Source: Lingula anatina (Eukaryota; Animalia; Brachiopoda). From it: 64,000 bases of DNA. Position numbers and translations under genes: made by a program. The stretch's first letter is position 1. Every line of letters starts with the position of its first letter. Below the pieces are notes generated by a model that did no database searches, was not told the origin of the DNA, and worked only from the letters and a program-made list of their open reading frames with translations. This document shows positions 26,227 to 37,384 of this stretch, in pieces. The stretch is taken from NCBI GenBank assembly GCA_051362555.1, contig CM120643.1, forward strand, positions 15,598,644 to 15,662,643. The letters are read 5' to 3'.

Positions 26227-29200
26227 ATGATTCCTTGTTTAATTAATGTTTGCCATGGATTGAAAACGTCTGTATTCTTTTTGATTTATAAGCTGATTGC
26301 CCTTCCTCATCTTTTACTGCAATTTTGTTATAAAGACTGCAGAACCTGCAAAATGTATTTGTTATAGAATTGTGGATTCTTTTTTAAGTCATTAGTGGTT
26401 AAGTAGTTCTGTAGAAATAAATTATTAGATATTGGTAAGTGCTGGATTTAAATTCTGTGAAAAGCTGGTCAAACTCTTTCAAAGTGACATATATTATTTG
26501 TTAATTGAATGTAGATCTGCCTTTCTGGTTTGAAGGATGTGGAAAATCGTACGTTAATCTTCTTTTTATTCTAATGATTTTTCACATTAATGGCTTTAAA
26601 TATTTGAAGGACTTTAAAAGGATACCTTTCTCAATCTGTGTTTAATCATAAAAAGGAAAAATATGTTCCTAGGTACAATTACTTCATTAAACAACCATTC
26701 TAGTATGTATATTGTGGTATCCTCATATGAGGTGAAACGTCTTTATTGTCGATGCTGTCTCACTGCTGTGGTTTCGCTATGCTGAAATACTCATGAGAGT
26801 GCGATGACGGAAGTCATTCAAGATCAAAGCATCTCGTGGTGTTTATTAACTTTGATGACACAATCTCGCTAATGCTTGACCCAAACTGAGGAGCCTAGAT
26901 TGAAATAGACAGACATGATAACTTGTGAGATTTCTTCTGTTGACTTAATATAGACCTCGCCGCCATTTTGTAATGCTGCGCCACTGATTCGTTCACGCTA
27001 AACCAGCGAGGTTAGGGCAGCTGCGTCTGTTGTTAGTATATCTGTTCTAGATTATAAATGATTTATGTAATCAATTTGTTATCACATTTCTCCATTTGAT
27101 CTTTACGTTGTGCCAAGCAGTTGGTATGCCCTTCATAAAGCGATCCCAGTTTGTGGCTGCCATTTTTGACATAAAATAATGAAAAGGCACCGCAGTATAT
27201 ATCGACAATGAATGTGCGTAATTGTTACTTACAGCGTAATTTGGGAGTTGCATTTTGGCAATTATCATTTTGAACAAGACTTTTATTGTTTCAGGTTATT
27301 AAGAAGTAAAAACCGAGTTGAACTGTGGAGCAGTGATGTGGATTTTTTATCTGTTTCTCTTGCACAACTCGCTAACCGCAATACCATATTAGGAAGTGGG
27401 TTGCCAATGGCAACCAACACCAGGTCACTTGGTTTCATTAACCTAGACGATAGAATTGCTTACAATTGCGGTGCGTTCTGTCAGAAGGTTATCAGCCCCA
27501 ACCGTTAGAATGCGCTCTGCAGCATTTTACGGCCTGGAGCCATTTTTTTTTTTTTTTTTTGGTGTGATTGTTTTTTACAGTATGAGGAAAAATGTTATGC
27601 TTGTTATGGGAGAGAAAAACTTCAAAGAGATAATTTACATCAGTATGTAAATGAATTCATAACTAGTATATTTTTACATGAGATCAGTAATGGTATATTT
27701 TTACCTTTTCAACTTAGGTTAGCTTTGACTGAAAGGAAAAGGTAAACCTTAACTACCAAGGATACAAAAACACCCCTTTTCATATTAATAAAATGACACA
27801 ATGCAATTTTTATTTTTTATTGTATAATCTTCTATTTGATAGTTTTTAGAATGAATCAAGTTAAGAACTGTTGCATAGAATACAGTTTGTTTAATTTAAA
27901 GTGAATGATTCTTTCAGAAAGTTTCCTTTCCTGTGATGAGCAGTCCTTCCATTGTTGCCTAACTCATTCACCCTAGTTGTGAAGTCCACTTGGAGGTATT
28001 GCCTAACTAGGAAGGAAGAGCTGTGTGTACAGACAATGGTAATAGTCACAGATATAACTTTGATATTTGTAACATGGTAATGTTTACATTGGGGATAAAA
28101 TAATCATGTTTCATGCTTACATAGGGGTTAAAAGACGGGTTGCCTTCTTGTTAATTGAAAGTAGAATGAAATGATTTTTTTAAAATGGTCAAATAAAAGT
28201 AATAATATTGTAATTGAAATGCAAGGGGGCTTATTGATGTAACAGTTACAAACAATGACCTATATTACATGTTGTGTAATGTATTTTGTCTTCTAAGGAA
28301 AAGAAAATTCAGAGCTTGTTGACGAGGGTTATAGAAGACTGCCAGAAGTCCCCTCAGGTGACTTCACAGTGCCATAAAGAGGGAATTTTGTTTTGATTCA
28401 ATTAAATCACTGCTGTCCTGTTGTCAGCACTGGCGTTATTAATGCTCAACTTCAAGCAGTTGTTGTTTTTTAGCCACCAAAAAGAAGAAGCAGCAGCATG
28501 GCTTGCTTGCTCACACTGCTTTATCATGGGAGGCAGGAGATTATCTGGTCCAGTTCACCCTGTTCATAATTCGGATCACTTCTGCCCTGGTTTTAGCTGC
28601 GTTCACATCAGGAGTAAGTAGGAGTATATTATTAATTTTATAATACAATATGATTTCAAATTAAGTGTTAACCAGCTCAATGGGGCTTCTATGTAAATTC
28701 TCTGTGAACATATCTACAGAATATTTACTTGTCAGGTACTCGACAGTTGGAAATCCATGACTCAAATTTTCCTGGCTCAATTTTTTTTGTGGGTGACCAC
28801 AGCTTTAAGGATCAGATGAGGTTTTGTTTTCTTGGTTCATTGGCTTTAAATCGATTCTATCTGAAGCTGACTTGGCTTTATTTGATAAACACAAAGTATA
28901 AAGCAATATTCAACAACCTACAGGAAAAAAATAATAAAATAACTGACGTCAAAAATTGAACTGAAAAAAGAAAAAATCCTAAGAGTAAGCCGGATCAGGG
29001 CCAGCATGATTTATGGCAAGTGTGAACCTGCCCTCAGAGCACTCGCTGTAGCTTGTGCTGGATTACTCCTTGCAAGTTTGCCTGGGAGCAAAGCTGTCAG
29101 AATCAGGTTTGTAACATTACAACAAGTTTGAAAACACAGGTTGTCCAAACATCAAGGAGCGTAAAAAAATGCGATATCAATAACGGCCTGAACCTGGTGA

Positions 29201-31930
29201 CTCGTATGAGTAAAAGTCATGTGTAACTTGGTACAGCTTGCTCGCAGCCGTGCACTAATTTTTTGGGAATGTGCGGCATGTTGCCAGCGCAGAAACTAAA
29301 TCCACTCGCGCTGTTTGTACTAGTGCGATAGTGTTTTCATAATAACGAGCCAGTTCTATGATCCTGCAATTTCATTATCCAGACAGATGTAATAGCAAGT
29401 AATTACAATGTCACTTGTGTTTCCTTTTTATTTTTACTGACAAAGATTCCCATCAAAGGGCAACAAAATGTTTTTTAAAAGTTTATAAAAAAGAATAGGA
29501 ACATGTGTATACTCAGGTTATTGTTAGTGGAATTTATCACTTCTTCCGGGGAGTAAATTAGAATTAGATCCTTCCTTAACTCAATTGATGGCAACACTAG
29601 CGTGACCTATGCTTCCTTTTTAAAAGCTTGTTTCTACAAGTATGTATATCGTTATTTATAAATACATTTTCTATCTCAGGTTACTAGCAGTTTTTTTCCT
29701 GCCATGGAAGAAACGGGATTGCAGCTTTCTGTCCAATCACGTAGTAGGTGAGAACTGGAGAAAATATTTGGAAGTTGCCTTCTTATAACTTTTTATGAAA
29801 TTTTGGAGTGGAGAAGAGCAAATATGCTTACAGATGAATGCGAATGTTTCATTTGGTCAGATATGATTTTTTTTTCAATTTGAAGGACAAATGAGGGAAC
29901 AGAGAAACACAGACAAAAGAACAAATGGACAGAATAAACAAATAAACAAATAAGCAAGCAAACAAATCCAACCTGAGTTGCAAAATGTCTGTCTCTGCTT
30001 TTTACTCATCAACAATATACTGATGGAATTAATTCGATAAGTTACAATTTGCACCACCTTTATATGGGACAGAAACGTGAATACACATCCAGAGATGGGC
30101 ACATGTACATGCATTCACGCACATGCTTAAATACACACATGCATGTACACGCACACACACACACACACACATTTCACTTCTCAGTATCTTCAATGATCCA
30201 TTCTTAATCATAGCAATTGCATTTAATCAGCACAATCTTCGTTTTAGGTGAAATTGGGTATCAGTATTTCCACTTGGTTGCCTTGCATAACATCCTGGCC
30301 ACTAACAGCACAAAAGAAGGTTACAGCGGCAACTAGCTTAGAAAGGACACCCGAGATCCTAGATAGCAGACTCCTCTTATCTCACTTGCCAAGTATAGAT
30401 GAACTTTAACAATTTTATGTGTACCGTCATTTTTTTGTCGGTTAAAAGAAAAAACAAGCAGGGTTTCATCTATTTGCCTGCAATTATTGCGATAAGGTGT
30501 CATAATTTACCATGTTTTACCTCGTGATTAATTGGCCTTGAGAAATGTTGATGGGTGTCATAAGGTAGTAAGAGGTATAAAGCAGTGGCCATCTTGGTTC
30601 AGCTCTATGTTTTTTTATGATTGATCCCTAGCCCTTTGCTTCCAGTACTTGACCTTCTTTGGTAGCGCTGGGCTGCTTCCGTCATTGTTGCCAAGGGCAA
30701 CAGAATGCCGCCATATTTCCAAAACCGCAATCATTGAGTTTTTTTGCAGATAACAGCAAAGATGATAATTAGTTGTGAAATTTTGTTAGAGGGATTGTAT
30801 TGCTTTTTTTTCTCCCTCTGCCCCAGTGTTTTGGGGATTTGTGAAATTTTGCATATATATCTTTTCGAGGGCAAGGGGTATGTTATGGCGATCATCGCAG
30901 TTTACTGTAGTTCTTTACTTTGATAAAAATTTAGTTTTGTTTTTGAAGATTTATCAGAACTTTACTGAAAATATCTAGATTACATGAAAATCTTATTTTA
31001 GTCAATAAACTAATAAAAACTATTAAACTAAAATAGTGAAATCAAATTTTTTGTCGTAACCCTGGCAATAAATATTTCGTGACACTTCTAAGAAAGTAGC
31101 CAAAATGAATCCCCTGTCACAAACTATGAAAACTTTATTGGTTAGCCAAAATGTATATCCTATAAGTTGGAAAACTAGATCTGTATTATGTGGCTTGCTC
31201 AGTTTGATGCAAGTCCACGGCGACTGTTTGCAATGATTGTTTCAAGATCTTCTCTAACACAATGAGGGACAACCAGTAGCAGCAGAACACAGTCATGAAT
31301 GTGCTTCACAACAACTCTCTGCAAATCTCGAAATTTTTGTAGCTTTAATGTTTATTTTATTTGTTTCTTATAATATCTTTTGTTTTTGGTTAATGTTTTT
31401 TTTTATCAAAAATAAATAGAAAAATTAATAGATAAATCAAAAGAGATAAAGCCAAGACTCATAAAGAAATGTAAATAGTTTGAATATTTATGCAGATTTC
31501 GCACCTAGTTTTTTAGGTGTAATTATTTTGTTTAGAACAGAAACAGTAAGCGCCTTCTAATATTTTGACCCAAAATGCCAGCAAGCGTGGACATTTATGA
31601 AAAGACATATACTTTTGTCATATTCATTTGTCATATTGTTTATTTTTGTCTATTTAAAACATCATTAAATTTAGTTTTTTTTTTTTTTGATATAGTGAAT
31701 GTCTTCTGTAATGGGAATCAGATGGGGTTATCTACCTCAGTCTCATGACATGATCATTACATTGGTATAGAAATCAATAAGATCAAGTTTCTACATTAAA
31801 AACATAATTAATCAATAGTTAAATTACTTTTAAGTCTCATTTTGGTGTGCCTCAAGTCTCGAAATTCTGTAATCATCTCATTTTACCATTGATACCAACA
31901 GGAAGACGTTGTTTATTTATGAAGTTTCAT

Positions 31931-32240
31931 AGAAGAGATTAGTGTTTTGTGTGCAGAGGTGTTCTCCTCAGAGCCCTGATTTATGTTACCTTGCAGCTGA
32001 TTGGTTAACTTATCCACAGCCTCTAAATTTGATTTGGACATAGAATGTTATTGAAGTTTTATCACAGAAATTAGTGTTTGGTGTGCAGGTATATTCCCAG
32101 AGGGGCTTTTCCTAATGTTGCCTTGCAGAGAATGTCATGATTGCACTTCAGTTGGAGAAAGGCATTTTCCATCGTTGAAATGAGGGCTTGTTTTTTGTGC
32201 AAGGATATACCATTTAGTGTCATGTCCTGCCTTTCAGAGG
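31931..32240 (+). repeat. Degenerate ~125-135-bp tandem repeat (two clear copies, a third decayed)
   Basis: ATTAGTGTTT(T/G)GTGTGCAG...ATGTT(A/G)CCTTGCAG at ~31938 and ~32070; weaker TTTTTGTGCAAGG...GCCTTTCAGAG at ~32190. Confidence 0.6.
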
Positions 32241-33525
32241 CTCTTAATTTGTTGTCTTGACCTTTCTTTATAAATTTGACTTGAATAAGGTCATCTATTT
32301 ATAATATTCTGAACAAAGAGATAAACGTAATATGTAACAACTGATACTATTTGTTCACCCTGTGTAAGTGGTATTTATTTTAATAAAAGTTTTTAAGTTT
32401 ATATCTTCTTTTGTTGAAGAAGTCTTGTATATCTTGTAGACATCTGTTTTCCACAGACAGTTATAGAAATATTCCTTTAAAATAGTGAATATATGGTGAT
32501 ATAATTTAGGTAACTGTTCCATGAGAGATGTTACTGTCTTTACTGCTTTGAATGCAGTATTGTATCATTTTTAGCTTGTTAATGTATAAAAACATTCCTG
32601 AAAGTTAAATCTTAGTCACTAGATGACCAGATGCAAATTTTTCAGTGATGTAGGGAGCAGAGGTCATTTCACTGTGACTGACCATAACTCTGTATAACTT
32701 TACCAGAGGTATGATCTCTCCCAGTGAGATATCTAAATTCTCTCTCTCTCTCTCTTCAAAAATTTACTGAAAAAAAATCTGAAAATTTACTAACCAAGTG
32801 AAAGTTTTCAATTATTTACTTTGCAAAATTATGAGTCTCCTCGTGAAGAAATTTGAGAACTCTTGTAGACTGCATGGCATTTATACTGTATCTTTTTTTT
32901 ATGTGGTACAATGTTTGAATGTTTGGAGAAAAGTGATGAAAAAACCTATGCCTGCACAAAATATGCTTTTCTAACACACTAAATATCAGGTAATTAATTC
33001 TGTAAAACATTTTGAAACTTAACTGTAAAATGTTAAAATGTATGTATTCACTGACATTGCAGTTGGTTTACACAGTTAGCTTTTGTTTCCAAAATAATTT
33101 TTGCTTGTTTCACTCTTAGCTTTGTTTTATGTAGTCAGTAATGTAATCCCAGTAATGTAGACCTGCCGGATATTTGTCACTGGAAATTGTAATCGTTGAT
33201 TGACAGTTGGATTTCACAGTTTATCAGTCTTATGTGACTTTAATTCTTTCGAGGACTTTCTGAAATTTTCAAAACAAAATTTATTTCAAACGTGAATTTT
33301 GTAAATACATGATATGATTCAGTGATTGTTTCTGTCAGTGATATGTTCATGATTCTCCATGTAAAATTGTTCTTTTTTCTTTAATGGATTTGACATGTTT
33401 TACCCATCCTTAATCTGTTTGAATTAAAATTGTATACATATGGAGGTAAACATATGGTACATTTGACTTATGTAACATATACAGGTCCAGGTTGTTTTGT
33501 ACAGAGAAAGATACATGAATAGACA

Positions 33526-33607
33526 ATTGTCAATTACATGAATTCTGGCCAGCATTTACAGATAAATAAACGATTGTCCACTACATGAATACTGACCAGC
33601 ATTTACA
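33526..33607 (+). repeat. Direct repeat with 47-bp period (ATTGTC..TACATGAAT.CTG.CCAGCATTTACA x2)
   Basis: Direct reading. Confidence 0.85.
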
Positions 33608-36600
33608 AAAAGATTAAAATTCATCTCAAAATTGAAATGTTAATGAGAAGTCTGTCAGTTCTCTACCATTGTGTGTCCACAATAAAAGACTAATCACCAA
33701 CTTATTTAAAAGGGTGCTTTTTTTTTTATAAAACTGTTCTTGGGGGAAAATTTTTTTAGATGGCAAAGGGAGGCTTTTTTAATACAAATTGTCCATCAGG
33801 GAATGTTTGTTTTTGAGAAGGACCAAAAGAAGTTTAATATAAAAAGTTGTCAATAAAAAGTTGTCAGTAAATGTTACATTTGCTACAGTATAGACAACAT
33901 GATGCAAGCTATGAAAACTTGCCAAATTGTATGATTTACTTTACATTTTACATGGTACTAATTTAGAAAATTGAAATAAGAATGATAAATGAAATATGTG
34001 AAATGGTTGATAAAAAAAAGGCAGACATGGGTAGTTTAGGAAACTTCATCATATGCCCTGTTGTAGTTGTAGTGAAGTCGGTCTCTCCTTCTGTGTCTCG
34101 CCTAGCCATAGTATCACGGCACCAAGAGCTTACAATGATAAATTTCAAATGAAATTATTTATATGCAAACTACTGCTGAGCTGCAACAATGGGGCAAGGT
34201 TCACCTGATCTGAAAGCTGAAGACAGAGACATGACTAACAAATGTTGGGAGAGAATTCAACAAGTTTTCACTAAGTAAGTATCCCGTAGAGACGGAGAAC
34301 TTTTCCCCGCGAAAAAAGGGGAGGGTTCAGGCATAGAAGTACGGCCGTGGGAACCAGTTGTAACAGATGTGGCAATGCGTTTTCTTTAAATCCTGTTATC
34401 CATGTGTTGGGGCTACTATTTTTAATGCTTGTGCAGCATGAAATGCATAGTTATGAGGGTGTGCCATGTTGTTTTATAGTAGGTTAGATGTAAGCAGTAT
34501 ATATATTGGGATTAAAGACCTGCATGAGTATGTATATGTTTGTGAACACTTGCACGTGACTGTATACATATAATGTACACCTGGTTTTAATTCAACTAAA
34601 ATAAATGCTATGAAGATTCTAATGAATAGATTAAAGAATATGTTAGAAAATGTATGCTGATATAAACTGAAAATTGAGCTAAATGTAAAAATATTTGTTC
34701 TTTTTGGTTTTTAAACTAAGCTTTGTATCTAATTTAAAAAAAAAAGTAATTCTAAATTTTTAAAATCTTTGAGAAAGCAGCACAAACTATGTGCATAATT
34801 CAACTGTATTTTCAGGTTAACAATGTTTCCCAAAGCAATAAATCATGTAGTGTAGTAACAAAATTTTTCAATGTTAAACAACAAGGATTGACATGTTTCC
34901 GTCAATTATTGATACCAAGCCTACTGAAGAGAACAAGTCAGCTGTGTAAACTAGGCTCCTCAAAGGAAATGATTAAAGAAAATTTATGTAGACGTATCTG
35001 TATTCTTCACTGTTCTTTCCATCTCTTTTTCCCCTGACTGAGAAACAAGATCCCCATGGAATGGCAAGACAGGACAGGGAAAGTCACTTCACTGTTCAAA
35101 TATACTTCCACAAGGCCCCTTATACCAAAATTTAGGACCTTACTGTGTGTTTTAAAATCTCTGTCCCACATAGCCTTCTGAAATAACAATACCCAGATAT
35201 TGGCAGAGACAAGATAATAAAAAAGCTTATGAGATTAAACAATATAAAATTTGTGCTTGATAGGATGTTAGGCAGCCATTATGCAGTGTGATGTGGCACA
35301 AGGAAGAGAGGTTTTTATCAGAAAACATGTCACAATCAGAAGAAAGAGGAAAAGAGAGGATAAAGACCAGAATATCCACAAAATGGTGAAGATTTTGAGG
35401 CACTGAAACAATAGGAGGAATGCATATATACGTACAGTAAGATTGGTATGTAAAAGTAAAATTATCAAGATGATTATTCTAGGTTGCAGAAAAAAAAGCA
35501 ATATTGGAGACGAGGTTATATATGTACAGCAAAATGCATGCACTTGCCTTATATTGCATTATTATGTATATTTATAACTATTTTATATAATTGTTACTTT
35601 ATAACTGATGTGGATTATATTTACCAGACAACATAGTGAATCAGATGATATTTAAATACATTTCATTTTTTCTGGACCTGAACATCAAACTGATGCCTAA
35701 AATCAAGAGGTATATACATATATATATATATATATCAATCAAAGCAACAAACACCTGTTATCCAGACAATTAATGCAAACACATTTTTTCACAGATGAAA
35801 TTTTCAGATGAGTGGTGAGCAACGATGCTTTCTTCTTCATTTCCAGGCAGATGAACCCTACATGACATCATCAAAGATGTCTCCACCGACCAGGAAATAT
35901 CGTCAACCTGTGCAGAGCACAGCGACTGCCTCAGCAGCCCATAAAAAGACTGATGGGACGATTCACCTCTCGTTGTACTAGGTAAAATGATTTGATTTCT
36001 TTTGAAGTAGCTGGAATTGAAATCAGTGAATTGTCTATGTAAAAGAAACTGCATTAGTCTATTTTAGGGATAAGTGAAGAGGTGGGTGTCTATATTGTGT
36101 TCAAGGGTGGACCCGAGGATGATGACTTGTTTTTCTGCGTACTGTTTTATTACTTGTTGGTTGTATTTTATCACTCCTTATCTGCTGTAATCAGAGTTAT
36201 CTTAATTTCAATCGGACCAAAGTGGTTGGAATCTCTCAACCACAAGGTACCTTGGTTAGAATAACAAACAAAGCAATGGAGACCCTCTTTCCTGACACTT
36301 TAAATGGAAATTTTCATGTCTGAGATACTCTTTAATGTAACAGAATTCTGACTCTCCCATTCTTGAAATTGTTAACAGTGTTATAGATACACAAACTGGC
36401 CGATGAAGTTTAAAAAGCCATGTATGTGCCGGCCAGTGTTTTTACTTGAAGTCTTATGGCTTAAATTACATTAATTTTTGTTATCTGTTTCAAACCAAGT
36501 TACCAGCAACTTAGCTAAACTAATAGAATCTGTAAGTGAAACATTCTGTCATGGCCAGATCTTCATATCTTGCTGGAAATTTTTACAATCTTGTTGTTTT

Positions 36601-37172
36601 GTAATATAACAGCTGTAATTCTTTCCTTTCTCATTAATAGCAGCCAGTCATCAAATCCCTTCAAATCTAAAGGGTTTAGATGTGTTTATGGCATTGCAAG
36701 GTTTAATGGCATAGAAGGTTTCTGTGTATAAGACCTTTTATCAGCAGTGCATCAAATTTACTAAAATGCAAAAAGATATTACCATTTGAATGAAATGCAA
36801 ATTAAAGAAATGAGTACATTTTTTTTACGAGTGTAACTTAATATATTATCTATTTGAGGATCATTACTTCAGCTTTAATAAGTACATCTTAGAATCAGGT
36901 ATTTATGAGATGTGATAGTCTTGTGTGTGATAACCAAATCATGGTCATGATAAGATTCCCCCCCCCCATACACACACACACACAGAGCGACTTCAGAGCA
37001 GCAGACTAACAGACCCCCGGATTAAATATGGCAACCCACTTGAATCCTTGTTGCGTAATCCCCATGGGGAACCTATTCAGTGTCTAATCAGGAATTAAGC
37101 GGCAAGCTTTTTGGTGGGTGGCCATATTTGATCCGTGGATCTGCTAGCCCGCTGTTCTGAATGCAATTAGAC

Positions 37173-37384
37173 AGGGTTTTTTGCTAAATTGCTTTCAGTT
37201 TAAGTAACTTAGATGTCTGGCATGCCTACTAAAGCTGCTTAACAATAGTTAATTATCCCATATCAGCTTCAGTAGGTGTGAAAGACATCTAAACCACTTT
37301 TAAGTTGCTTAAAAGCTGAAAGCAAGAAACCCTGTGGAGATGGACCAATCCTGTTAGGTCGATCTAGGGATGGGAACCCAGTTA
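37173..37384. mobile_element. Long palindromic MITE-like element, copy 2 (outer left arm lost or decayed)
   Basis: Shares CTAAATTGCT, ATGTCTGGCATGCCTACT, GCTTCAGTAGG, AGACAT and TGGAGATGG...AATCC.GTTAG...GATCTA...ATGGGAACCCAGT with 25980-26226. The centre TAGTTAATTATC is in the opposite orientation. Confidence 0.8.

Noticed and set aside
28596-29036. Possible second Harbinger-like element (GCTGCGTTCACA ... TGTGAACCTGCCC-TCA)
   Set aside because: Only ~7-8 bp of inverted match, no matching TSD on the left and no internal symmetry.
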